A DNA stretch of 64,000 nt from an uncultured Chloroflexia bacterium (GTDB lineage: Bacteria; Chloroflexota; Anaerolineae; Anaerolineales; UBA4823). Shown piece by piece: positions 46,735 to 56,247 of this stretch; position 1 is the first letter of the stretch, and every line of letters begins with the position of its first letter. Position numbers and translations under genes: made by a program. The stretch is taken from the NCBI GenBank assembly GCA_963793095.1, contig CAWBYY010000001.1, forward strand, positions 70,431-134,430. Reading direction: 5' to 3'. The notes below the pieces were generated by a model. The model searched no databases. It saw nothing but the letters and a program-made list of their open reading frames with translations, and was not told where the DNA came from.

Positions 46735-48861
46735 GTGGAAACATTAAATAAGCTGGTCTCGTCATCAATAAATTTCTTTTTAAGACCCTTCTGGATAATA
46801 AAAGAATATGAAAGAAGTGATTTCCGCCCGGATTTAAGCGCGGGTTTGACAGTCGCGGTGATTATGCTGCCCCAGGCGGTTGCCTTTGCGCTGATCGCGG
46901 GTTTGCCGCCCCAGATGGGTTTATACGCAGCAATAGTCGCATCCATTATTGGCGGATTGTGGGGTTCTTCCAACCAGCTTCAGACTGGACCGACGAATAC
47001 CCTCTCTCTGCTGGTGCTTTCCGTCCTGCTGCCACTGGCGAATCCGGGGGAGACGCAGTACTGGGTGCTGGCAGGTATGCTGGCGGTTATGGTTGGGCTA
47101 CTCCAGGCTGGGATGGGCTTGCTTCGCCTGGGACTGCTGGTGAATTTTGTCTCAGATTCGGTGATTGTTGGATTTACGGCCGGCGCAGGCGTTTTGATTT
47201 TCTTCAACCAGCTTCGCAACCTGTTCAGGCTCAGTATCCCCTCAACACCCATGCTGTATGAAACCGTTCAGAATATGCTGTTAAATCTGCCGGAAGTGCA
47301 TAATATCAGCCTGGTGATCGGCCTGGGGGTAATCCTGTTGATTTTAATACTGCGGCGGATCAACCCCAGGATACCATCTGCCCTGGTTGCGATTGTGCTG
47401 TCTGGAGCGCTTGTGGCGGTGTTTAATCTGGATGATTTTGGGGTAGCGGTTGTTGGGCAATTACCGCAGGGTTTTCCGCCGTTTTCCTCTCTGCCGCTCT
47501 TTGATCTTAAAGTGTACCCGAATCTGGTTACCGGGGCGCTGGCGATCGCCGCAATTGGACTGGTAGAGTCGATGTCCATTGCCAGAAGCATTGCCAGCCA
47601 GACTGGGCAGCGCCTTGACAATAACCAGGAATTTATCGGGCAGGGATTGGCGAATTTTGCCAGCGGGATATTTTCCGGCTATTCTGTTGCGGGTTCTTTC
47701 AGCCGTACGGCGATAAACCGCCAGGCTGGCGCCCGCTCCGGGGTATCCAATGTTGTCGCGGGTTTGATTCTGCTGGTCACCCTGCTGCTTTTTGGTTCTT
47801 TTGCTGGCTATATTCCCCTGACAGCCCTGGCAGGCGTATTGATTATTGTTGCGATCGGGTTAATCCATAAGGAAGAGATCATTCGTATCTGGAACGGAGG
47901 GGGCGCAGACCGGATCATCATGACGATCACCCTGATTGCGACATTAACAATTCCCCTGGAATATGCTGTTCTGATTGGCATCGTTTTGTCCCTGGGCTAT
48001 TATTTGCTGCGGACAAGTATGCCCCGGGTCCGGATAGTGCTGCCGGATCAAGATTACCAGTTTCTGGTTAATCAGGAAACCAGGCCGGAATGCCCGCAGT
48101 TATCGGTGATCGAGGTGCTGGGAGACCTGTATTTCGGGGCGGTTAACCATGTTGAGGATTTTATACTCGCTCACCAGGTCCGCAACCCCAGCCAGCGATT
48201 TTTGCTGCTGCGCATACTCGGGGTGGAGCATTTCGACATAAGCGGCGTACATGCTCTGGAGCGGATTGTCAGGCTGTACCGGAAAAGAGGCGGGGATGTT
48301 TATATCAGCCGGATTCGCGATCCGGTTATGGAGGTGATGCGGGCGACAGGATTTTCTGAATATCTTGGCGAGGACCATTTCCTCGGAAGAGAAATGAATG
48401 CAATCGGAATTATTTTCTATAATGCGCTCGATCCAGCGGTCTGCATTTACGAATGCCCGCTGAGGGTACTTAAGGAATGCCAGGACCTGCCCAAACGGCT
48501 TGACCTGATCGGCGAATCTCCCCATTTTGAGGCATACCCGTGCGAAGTTAACACGATAACGCCAGCCGAATTATGGCGTGAATTAAAATCAGATTCCGGG
48601 GTGAGTATTATCGATGTGCGCGAACCGAGGGAATTTCGCCAGGGGCATATCCAGGGCGCGAAACTGATCCCGCTGCCGGATATCCTGGCTGATCCTGCCC
48701 AGGTTCCAAAAGATAAGCCGGTAGTGCTGAACTGCCGCGCCGGACGCCGCAGCACACGGGTTGCGTATGAGCTGGCCCAGAAAGGATACGATAATCTATT
48801 CGTGCTTGAAGGGGGAATCCTGGCCTGGGAAGCGGCGGTCTTGCTGGAGGCGATCGATTGA
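46735..48861 (+). CDS. SulP-family anion transporter with STAS domain and C-terminal rhodanese domain
   Basis: The N-terminus matches SulP (DLSAGLTVAVIMLPQAVAFALIAG). The STAS region is (VIEVLGDLYFGAVNHVEDF...). The rhodanese domain has the active-site loop CRAGRRS (…VVLNCRAGRRSTRVAYEL…). The start is GTG. Confidence 0.9.
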   Translation: METLNKLVSSSINFFLRPFWIIKEYERSDFRPDLSAGLTVAVIMLPQAVAFALIAGLPPQMGLYAAIVASIIGGLWGSSNQLQTGPTNTLSLLVLSVLLPLANPGETQYWVLAGMLAVMVGLLQAGMGLLRLGLLVNFVSDSVIVGFTAGAGVLIFFNQLRNLFRLSIPSTPMLYETVQNMLLNLPEVHNISLVIGLGVILLILILRRINPRIPSALVAIVLSGALVAVFNLDDFGVAVVGQLPQGFPPFSSLPLFDLKVYPNLVTGALAIAAIGLVESMSIARSIASQTGQRLDNNQEFIGQGLANFASGIFSGYSVAGSFSRTAINRQAGARSGVSNVVAGLILLVTLLLFGSFAGYIPLTALAGVLIIVAIGLIHKEEIIRIWNGGGADRIIMTITLIATLTIPLEYAVLIGIVLSLGYYLLRTSMPRVRIVLPDQDYQFLVNQETRPECPQLSVIEVLGDLYFGAVNHVEDFILAHQVRNPSQRFLLLRILGVEHFDISGVHALERIVRLYRKRGGDVYISRIRDPVMEVMRATGFSEYLGEDHFLGREMNAIGIIFYNALDPAVCIYECPLRVLKECQDLPKRLDLIGESPHFEAYPCEVNTITPAELWRELKSDSGVSIIDVREPREFRQGHIQGAKLIPLPDILADPAQVPKDKPVVLNCRAGRRSTRVAYELAQKGYDNLFVLEGGILAWEAAVLLEAID

Positions 48862-48874
48862 AGGAGGAATTGAA

Positions 48875-49864
48875 ATGAAAGACATCTTACCCAAGAATCT
48901 GGCATTTGACCTGGTCCGTGCTACCGAGACAGCCGCGCTGGTGGCAGGCCGCTGGATCGGGCTGGGCGAAAGAGAGCTTGCCGATAAACAGGCAACTGAA
49001 AATATGGTCGCGGCGTTAAACCGAATAAACATGGAAGGCAGGATTGTTATCGGGGAAATGACAGTCTCTCAGCCACCATTTTACGAACACGGTGAAAAGG
49101 TCGGTACCGGGAAAGGGCCGGAACTTGATGTGCTGGTCGATGCGATCGACGGCAGCACCCAGCTATCAAGAGGTTCATCGGGAGCGATATCTGCTGCGGC
49201 GGTCGCCCCGGCTGGCAGTATGGCCAGGCTGGTTGGTGTAACCTATATGAAGAAAATTGTGGTGGATTCTGATGTCGCCCCCCATCTCGTCTCGCAGTGC
49301 CTGGATGCGCCAGCAGCCTGGACTCTCGCTCTGGTGGCGCGGGCAAAAAATCGGAAAATCAGCACGCTGAATGTATTTGTGCTGGACAGACCGCGCCATA
49401 AGGACCTAACAGATGAAATCCGGGCAGCCGGGGCGCATGTTATGCTGGCGCCGGATGGGGATATTGCCGGCGGTTTGCTGGCAGCCACCCGAGACACTGG
49501 TGTGGATTTGTTAATGGGAAGCGGAGGCGTGATAGAAGGAATAATGGTAGCCTGTGTTGTAAAAGCCACCGGTGGGATGCTTATCGCCCAGCTTGATCCG
49601 CAGAACGAGCAGGAAATTGCTAATATTAAGCAGGCTGGTTTCGATCCCGCTCAAACATACAACCAGGACGACATGGTGAAAAGCGATCAGATTTATTTCA
49701 CAGCCACCGGGATCAATGATGGCCCAATTCTCTCGGGCGTGAAGTATGAGGGCGGCCTTGCAAAGACGAATTCGATCATGCTGCGGGGTGTGTCGAAGAC
49801 CAGGAGGACGATGGTTGCGGAGCACCAGATCGATGCCCAAAGGGCAGAAGAGAACCAGAATTAA
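48875..49864 (+). CDS. glpX: class II fructose-1,6-bisphosphatase
   Basis: The start ATG 48875 lies 8 nt after AAGGAGG. FDLVRATETAALVAGRWIGLGE...VDAIDGS is typical of GlpX. Confidence 0.9.
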   Translation: MKDILPKNLAFDLVRATETAALVAGRWIGLGERELADKQATENMVAALNRINMEGRIVIGEMTVSQPPFYEHGEKVGTGKGPELDVLVDAIDGSTQLSRGSSGAISAAAVAPAGSMARLVGVTYMKKIVVDSDVAPHLVSQCLDAPAAWTLALVARAKNRKISTLNVFVLDRPRHKDLTDEIRAAGAHVMLAPDGDIAGGLLAATRDTGVDLLMGSGGVIEGIMVACVVKATGGMLIAQLDPQNEQEIANIKQAGFDPAQTYNQDDMVKSDQIYFTATGINDGPILSGVKYEGGLAKTNSIMLRGVSKTRRTMVAEHQIDAQRAEENQN

Positions 49865-49939
49865 TTGTAAATATTTAGATTGAAGCTCAGGTTATGCGGG
49901 AATTCAAAATAAAAAACCGGAGCTGTTGACCAATTTAAT

Positions 49940-50416
49940 CTAACCCCTGTCCATCCTGTTTGACCAGGATTTTACCTGGTTGCAGTGGTAATTGTAGTTT
50001 TTTATCAGTGCTCTGACCACGCTTTCAATTGTGATGGTTTTTTCCCCGAAGCGGACTCCAAAATCCCTGTCCCAATCCTCCGGCTTCATGAAGATGAGGA
50101 AATTTTCGAGCGACTGGTAAGAAGTTTCGATCTCATCCAGGAGCAGGTCGCGTTCGGTTGAAATGTAGAGCTGGACTGATTCTGCATCCACAATGCTGTA
50201 ATCCATCTCGGAATCGCCCAACTTGGCAGGCAGCTCACCCATCCGAATTTGCCTGCAGGCGGTGATAGTGTAGCGGTTCCAGCCAATAATATGGGCCAGG
50301 AGGTCGCGGGGAGACCATTCTCCCACTGGTTCTGTAAACGATTCTTCCGGAAGATCTTCAAAACATTCACGCAAATTATCGACTGCCTGTTTTAGATCCA
50401 GTATGGCTTGTTTCAT
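49940..50416 (-). CDS. DinB-superfamily protein
   Basis: 158 aa with WSPRDLLAHIIGWNRY in a helical-bundle pattern. Confidence 0.65.
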   Translation of the reverse strand: MKQAILDLKQAVDNLRECFEDLPEESFTEPVGEWSPRDLLAHIIGWNRYTITACRQIRMGELPAKLGDSEMDYSIVDAESVQLYISTERDLLLDEIETSYQSLENFLIFMKPEDWDRDFGVRFGEKTITIESVVRALIKNYNYHCNQVKSWSNRMDRG

Positions 50417-50605
50417 TCGATTAATCCTGTTGAATTTTATTTTGTTTCCTATTCTATTCGATTAAAGAAGACACTTTTCTAAACATGGGGATGTTTTCAA
50501 TCATTATAAATTATTTTATAAAGGCCTGATTCGATTTTTATCCATTTTAAATAAAACCGCCTGAAAATAATCTACTAGAAAAAAATTCAAGCAGAGAATT
50601 GAACC

Positions 50606-52501
50606 TTATGGATAGGCTGCCTTTCCTGACATAAAATTCCTGGCCAATTCGATGCATTCGATCGATCCAATCAGTGTCAGATGGTCACCCAGTTCGAGTT
50701 TTGTGCTGTCGTCAGGGATCATCACGGCGTTATCCCGGCGCAGTGAAAGCACCAGCACGTCGCCAGGGAGAGAAAGGTCTCCCAGGGCACTGCCTGAACA
50801 CGCCTGATTTGAAACGTCCACTTCCAGGATTTCCTTGTTCTCTTGCCTGCCGGTCAGAATTTCATACATACCCGGGTTCCTGGTCAGCAGGTCCAGAAGG
50901 GAGGGCTGCTCACGGAAGGCGTTGACCGCGATAACTCCCAGCATCTCAAAACGGGGGATGTCCATTGGCAGGTTCACCAGGGCCACAATGTGGTCGATCC
51001 CGTAAACTGTCTTTGCCTCCTGGCAGATGCGGTAGTTGCGGTCGCTGTCATTGTGGGTGCAGACCAGAGCCTGGGCCCGGTCAAAACAATCGGTAAGCTC
51101 TTTATCAGGACAGTCCGCAAGCCGTTCTGTGGCGCTGAAACCGAGCCTGCGCGCTTCGCTCACTCTCTGTTGATCCCGGTCTATGATGATGACATCATCA
51201 TGGTGCAGGCGCAGGCGTTCTGCGACCTGGAGTCCGAGCTGACCGGCGCCAGCCACAATAATAGGACGGGTGATGTCTGGTGGGGGCATGGGGATCAGGC
51301 GGTTAAGAATCAGCGGGGCGATTGAGACGGTGACTATTGCGACAAGGATAATTTCAGCATTCATCACATCGCTGATGACCCCCAGGCGCAGTGCAATCGC
51401 GGATGCCGCAATAATCAGGGAGAGCCGGGCGGATAGAAGCGCCCCGGCAGCAATCGATTGGCGCCATTCAAACGCCAGCTTGAAAAACAGGGCGGGCAGA
51501 AATTTGACAGTGAAGGCTGCCACTAACAGGACGAATGCCAGAAGCAGGTTCTCTGGCGAACTGAGCAAAGCCTGCAGGTTGAAACTGACGCCAACCATAA
51601 TAAAGAAAACCGGGATAAAAAAACCAAACCCGAAGGCTTCAAGCTGGGCGATAACATCTGCATCTTCCGGTGTGCGCAGGAGAGCAACGATTGCGCCCGC
51701 AAGGAACGCTCCCAGGATTACCTCTGCTCCCAGTATCTCAGCCAGAACAACAAACACGATCATTATTGTTAACGCCAGGCGCATTTTGATCTGGCCTGTG
51801 GTATGGCTGACGTCGTCCATTGCTCTGCGCAAAAATGAAAAGCGGTTGAAGAACAGATTCCCGGCCCGGTAGATAATAACAAAGGCTACAAACAGGATGC
51901 TTAACAGCAGGACATCCAGAGTGATCCCACGCGACAGCGCCGCAACCAGGACTGTGATCAGAATCATTGTCACAAAATCAGCGATCAGCGCAGAAACGAG
52001 CAGAGTCTGCCCGTATCGCCCGGTGCTCAACCCGCGCTCCTTTAATACCGGAAGGACGACCCCCAGGGAAGTCGTGGAAAGGACCAGGGCCAGCATCCAT
52101 GGATTCTGTACCAAACCCGCCCACATAGCAATAAATCCGAAGATAACCGCCAGCCCGATCGTCCCCAGGAAAGTCAGAGTGCCGATCTGGGCTGGCCCCC
52201 AGGTCCTTTTTGCGCTCCCTGTTTCTTCTTTTTTCGATCCGGTCAGTTTCAGATTGGAGAAGTCGATCTCAATCCCCGAAAGGAACATCAAGAATACGAA
52301 CCCAAATTCTGCCAGCAGCGTCAATAACGGTTCGCCTCCCGTCACCCAACCAAGAACGCTCGGCCCGATCAGCACACCGGCAAGAATTTCACCTACCACG
52401 ATCGGTATCACCAGCCTTTTAACCCTTGAGAGCAGGAGCGGCACCAGAAAAGCCAGGACGAGAACCAGCAGAAGCGGTATGAATGATTGGGTTTCTTCCA
52501 T
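50606..52501 (-). CDS. CPA2-family cation:proton antiporter with RCK (TrkA-N/TrkA-C) domains
   Basis: A polytopic Na+/H+-exchanger domain is followed by a Rossmann motif (IIVAGAGQLGLQVAERL) and a TrkA-C-like C-terminus. Confidence 0.9.
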   Translation of the reverse strand: MEETQSFIPLLLVLVLAFLVPLLLSRVKRLVIPIVVGEILAGVLIGPSVLGWVTGGEPLLTLLAEFGFVFLMFLSGIEIDFSNLKLTGSKKEETGSAKRTWGPAQIGTLTFLGTIGLAVIFGFIAMWAGLVQNPWMLALVLSTTSLGVVLPVLKERGLSTGRYGQTLLVSALIADFVTMILITVLVAALSRGITLDVLLLSILFVAFVIIYRAGNLFFNRFSFLRRAMDDVSHTTGQIKMRLALTIMIVFVVLAEILGAEVILGAFLAGAIVALLRTPEDADVIAQLEAFGFGFFIPVFFIMVGVSFNLQALLSSPENLLLAFVLLVAAFTVKFLPALFFKLAFEWRQSIAAGALLSARLSLIIAASAIALRLGVISDVMNAEIILVAIVTVSIAPLILNRLIPMPPPDITRPIIVAGAGQLGLQVAERLRLHHDDVIIIDRDQQRVSEARRLGFSATERLADCPDKELTDCFDRAQALVCTHNDSDRNYRICQEAKTVYGIDHIVALVNLPMDIPRFEMLGVIAVNAFREQPSLLDLLTRNPGMYEILTGRQENKEILEVDVSNQACSGSALGDLSLPGDVLVLSLRRDNAVMIPDDSTKLELGDHLTLIGSIECIELARNFMSGKAAYP

Positions 52502-52709
52502 TAGAAAATTCCACCCGGGAAAAGGGATAATAAATCCCTGGTTTCGGTTATTTTAAATATTTTGAGATACTTTCCAGGGAGATTGTAACCTATTGTCATA
52601 CTATCCTGAAACACAAACCGCTTAGATTTATAAAAAATTTATGAATAAGGAAAACCAGCATGGTAGAATTCCCTATTCCGATCTTTTTTAGTAGAAAACA
52701 CACTTAACA

Positions 52710-54131
52710 ATGGATCTATTTGATCAGGCGTTGAACGAAAGAATAAAACACGAGGCTCCCCTGGCAGCCCGGATGCGACCGCGTACACTGGAGGAATTCC
52801 AGGGCCAGGAGGACATCCTTGGCCCGGGAAAATTGCTGAGGCGGGCGATCGAGGCGGACCGTTTGTTTTCCTCGCTCATCCTGTGGGGACCTCCCGGATC
52901 AGGCAAGACCACCCTGGCGCAGGTCATAGCAAACAGGACCAGATCCCATTTTGAGACCTTATCGGCGGTTCTGGCGGGCAAGGCGGAACTGCGCAAGGTG
53001 ATCGCGGATGCCCTGGAACAGAGGAAATATTACAATCGAAGGACGATCCTTTTCGTGGATGAGGTTCACCGCTGGAACAAAGCCCAGCAGGATGCCCTGC
53101 TGCCGCATGTCGAGCAGGGCGAGATCACCCTGATCGGAGCGACAACAGAGAACCCCTATTTCGAGGTGATCGGGGCGCTGGTGTCGCGTTCGCGCATATT
53201 TCAACTGCGCCCGCTGAAGGACGAGGATGTTATCCGGATTCTCCAGAATGCCATCCAGGATGAAGAACGCGGTTACGGCAGCCGGCGGATTATCCTGGAT
53301 GATAATGCCCGGGAACACCTTATCCGGGTTGCCGGTGGTGATGCCCGCAATGCGCTCAACGCGCTTGAACTGGCGGTAGAAAGCACGATACCCGGCAGCA
53401 AGGGGGAAATCCACATCACCCTGGATGTCGCCCAGGAATCGATCCAGCGCCGGGCGGTGCTTTACGATAAGGACGGGGATTCCCATTACGATACCATATC
53501 CGCGTTTATAAAATCGGTGCGCGGCTCAGACCCGGATGCTGCCCTGTACTGGCTGGCGAAGATGCTGTATGCCGGTGAAGACCCGCGCTTTATTTTGCGG
53601 CGGTTAATAATACTGGCGGGTGAAGATATCGGCCTGGCAGAGCCGCAGGGGCTGGTGGTCGCCAGCGCGGCTGCTCAGGCGTTTGATTATATCGGGATGC
53701 CTGAGGGGATTTTCCCGATCGTTGAGGCGACCTTATTTCTGGCAACCGCCTCGAAATCTAATTCTGCTATGGCTTATTTTAAAGCCTTCAAGTTGATTGA
53801 GGATGAAGGCATCATTGAAGTTCCGCAGCACCTGCAGGATGCAAACCGGGATGGGAAGGCGCTCGGGCACGGCAGGGATTACCGCTACCCGCATGATGCT
53901 GAGGACCACTTCACACCCCAGCAGTACCTGCCCCGGAAAATCCTGGGAACATATTTCTACGAACCATCAAGCCAGGGGTACGAACAACAGGTGGATGAAC
54001 GCTTAAGCCGCTGGCGGGAAGCCCAGCGTAAAGCGCTCGGTATCGAAAAGCCAGAGATGCTGCCGGATATCAGCGAGGATATGATTCAGGACCTCAAACA
54101 CCGCCATAAACCGGCAAGGATGGGTTCTTAA
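52710..54131 (+). CDS. rarA: replication-associated recombination protein A (MgsA/RarA AAA+ ATPase)
   Basis: LILWGPPGSGKTTLA, LFVDEVHRWNKAQQDALLP, GATTENP and the C-terminal DPDAALYWLAKML region are present. Confidence 0.95.
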   Translation: MDLFDQALNERIKHEAPLAARMRPRTLEEFQGQEDILGPGKLLRRAIEADRLFSSLILWGPPGSGKTTLAQVIANRTRSHFETLSAVLAGKAELRKVIADALEQRKYYNRRTILFVDEVHRWNKAQQDALLPHVEQGEITLIGATTENPYFEVIGALVSRSRIFQLRPLKDEDVIRILQNAIQDEERGYGSRRIILDDNAREHLIRVAGGDARNALNALELAVESTIPGSKGEIHITLDVAQESIQRRAVLYDKDGDSHYDTISAFIKSVRGSDPDAALYWLAKMLYAGEDPRFILRRLIILAGEDIGLAEPQGLVVASAAAQAFDYIGMPEGIFPIVEATLFLATASKSNSAMAYFKAFKLIEDEGIIEVPQHLQDANRDGKALGHGRDYRYPHDAEDHFTPQQYLPRKILGTYFYEPSSQGYEQQVDERLSRWREAQRKALGIEKPEMLPDISEDMIQDLKHRHKPARMGS

Positions 54132-54137
54132 AAGCAG

Positions 54138-54755
54138 ATGCCAATCATATTGATGGTTCGACACGCGGAAAATGAATACCTGCAAGCTGGGCGGATGGCT
54201 GGCAGGGCGGCTGGCGTTCACCTGAATGAAAATGGCCGGAAACAAGCCCTGGAACTGGCTGAAAACCTGGCAAGGTGGCCGGTTAAGGCTGTATACAGCA
54301 GCCCGCTAGAACGCACGATGGAGACTGCTCAGCCTATCGCTGAAGGGCTGGGTTTGCAAGTTGCAGCGAGGGCTGGATTGATAGAGACAGATGTTGGCGA
54401 ATGGCAGGATAAAACCCTCAAATCACTCCGCCGGCGCAGGCTGTGGCGCCGGGTGCAGACATCACCCTCAAGATTTCGCTTTCCGGAGGGAGAATCCCTG
54501 TCTTCAGCACAGATGAGGATTGTCGCCGAACTGGAGGAGATCCTGGCGAGTCACAAACCGCGTGACATGATTGTGTGCGTTTCTCATTCTGACCCGATTA
54601 AACTCGCAGTGGCGTATTATGCCGGGATGGCGCTGGATCTTTTCCAGAGGATAATTGTCTCCCCGGCCTCCGTCAGCGCTCTCCAATTTGGGGAGTCAAG
54701 CGTGCGCCTGCTCATGCTGAACTACCGTTTTTCCATCAATTTAAAGAAATTTTGA
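54138..54755 (+). CDS. histidine-phosphatase (phosphoglycerate-mutase-like) protein, MSMEG_4193-type putative phosphomutase
   Basis: The N-terminal motif is MVRHAEN (RHG/A-E motif) and SHSDPIK is the second His motif. The gene sits directly upstream of DUF3090 and SCO1664-family genes. Confidence 0.8.
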   Translation: MPIILMVRHAENEYLQAGRMAGRAAGVHLNENGRKQALELAENLARWPVKAVYSSPLERTMETAQPIAEGLGLQVAARAGLIETDVGEWQDKTLKSLRRRRLWRRVQTSPSRFRFPEGESLSSAQMRIVAELEEILASHKPRDMIVCVSHSDPIKLAVAYYAGMALDLFQRIIVSPASVSALQFGESSVRLLMLNYRFSINLKKF

Positions 54756-54792
54756 TTCTGGTATACTCATTTACGTAACCCGGACGAAAAAA

Positions 54793-55320
54793 ATGGCTGA
54801 ACAAGAAATCGACCTGCAACCCGTCAACCATATCACGACCGATGCAATCGGCCAACCCGGCAAGCGCGTGTTCTACCTGCAGGGCTGGCAGAACGAACGG
54901 ACAGTCACATTAATCGTTGAGAAGCTTCAAATTCAATCCCTGGCGGTTGGAGTTGAGCAGTTTCTTGCCGAGATCCAGGAGAAATTCCCGGACCTGGACG
55001 ATGCCAGAACGGACTACGAAGAGGACAAGATGCATATTGCGCCGCCGGTTGACCCGCTTTTCAGAGTTGGCGAGATCGGTCTGGGATACGACAAAGACCA
55101 AGATCTGGTGGTTTTGATCTCCAGGGAAATTGTGCCGGAAGGCGAAGACCCGAAAGATGCCCGGGTGGTGCGTTTCTGGTGCACCCGCTCCCAGATCCGA
55201 AGCATGTGCCGCTGGGGTATTGAAGTCGCGGCAAGGGGCAGGCCGTTATGCCCGCAGTGCGGAGAGCCGATGGACCCCAGCGGGCATTTCTGCCCGAAAA
55301 AGAACGGGCATAAACACTGA
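54793..55320 (+). CDS. DUF3090 family protein
   Basis: The pattern is TTDAIGQPGKRVFYLQG...FRVGEIGLGYD...VVRFW with a C-terminal zinc ribbon, CPQCGEPMDPSGHFCPKKNGH. Confidence 0.8.
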   Translation: MAEQEIDLQPVNHITTDAIGQPGKRVFYLQGWQNERTVTLIVEKLQIQSLAVGVEQFLAEIQEKFPDLDDARTDYEEDKMHIAPPVDPLFRVGEIGLGYDKDQDLVVLISREIVPEGEDPKDARVVRFWCTRSQIRSMCRWGIEVAARGRPLCPQCGEPMDPSGHFCPKKNGHKH

Positions 55321-55381
55321 TCTGGATAGATATCTCAAAGCGCAGCAGGGGGATAAGGACTGGTAAACAACCTACCGAATT

Positions 55382-56140
55382 GTGTTTACAAAGGAATCCA
55401 GCTGGACAATGGACGAGAACCTGGACTTTGAATTTCTTCAGCACGGCGAAATAGAAATTAAAGGAGAATTTTTGTGGGGGTCCAACTATACCTTCCTGGT
55501 AAATCTGTGTTACGGCGGAATTAATCGGGCAGCTGTTTACAAACCTAGCAAAGGCCAGCAACCGTTATGGGATTTCCCGGCGGAAAGCCTTGCCCACCGG
55601 GAGGCGGCGGCATTTTTAGTGAGCCAGGCGCTGAAATGGGATTTTGTCCCTTTAACCGCCTACCGCGAAAATGGGCCGCTAGGCCCGGGTTCGCTGCAGT
55701 TTTTTATAGAGCACAACCCTGAATACCATTATTTTAATTTCACCCGGAAAGACCGACAGCGTCTGCGGCCGGTGGTCGTTTTTGATATCCTGATAAATAA
55801 TGCTGACCGCAAGGGCAGCCATTTGCTGATTGACGCCGAAAAGCGCCTGTGGTTGATAGACCACGGCCTGTGCTTCCACCGGGATGATAAACTTCGCACT
55901 GTTCTGTGGGACTTTGTCGGAGAACCGGTTCCGGCGAGTATCCTGGAGAGTGTCTCCCAATTTTATAAAAATCTTGTGGAACAGAAAGAAGAAAGCGGCG
56001 GTTTATATAATGAATTAAACGCCCATCTAGACCGCGTTGAAATTGAAGCTCTTTTATTAAGGGCCGAGCGTTTGATCAAAACAGATGAATTTCCCCAGCC
56101 AGATCCTGCGAGGAGGCCGTTCCCCTGGCCGCAGATATAA
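55382..56140 (+). CDS. SCO1664-family protein (PI3/PI4-kinase-like fold)
   Basis: GSNYTFLV...AVYKP...GEQPLWDF-like segment, and DILINNADRKGSHLLID...LWLIDHGLCF (catalytic-loop and DxG-like motifs). The start is GTG 55382 or ATG 55409. Confidence 0.75.
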   Translation: MFTKESSWTMDENLDFEFLQHGEIEIKGEFLWGSNYTFLVNLCYGGINRAAVYKPSKGQQPLWDFPAESLAHREAAAFLVSQALKWDFVPLTAYRENGPLGPGSLQFFIEHNPEYHYFNFTRKDRQRLRPVVVFDILINNADRKGSHLLIDAEKRLWLIDHGLCFHRDDKLRTVLWDFVGEPVPASILESVSQFYKNLVEQKEESGGLYNELNAHLDRVEIEALLLRAERLIKTDEFPQPDPARRPFPWPQI

Positions 56141-56247
56141 CCAATCGGGGGAATTCTTCCCAAATTCCTTTATAATCCTGGGGAATCACCCTTTACTGGT
56201 GTAGAATTTAAATTCATTTTGATGCAGACAAACCGGGAGGCTGGATT

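Noticed and set aside
51270-52556. Plus-strand ORFs of 200 and 219 aa (51270..51872 and 51897..52556).
   Set aside because: They are antisense to the CPA2 antiporter. Their Ser/Arg/Thr/Ala-rich low-complexity translations are not credible.
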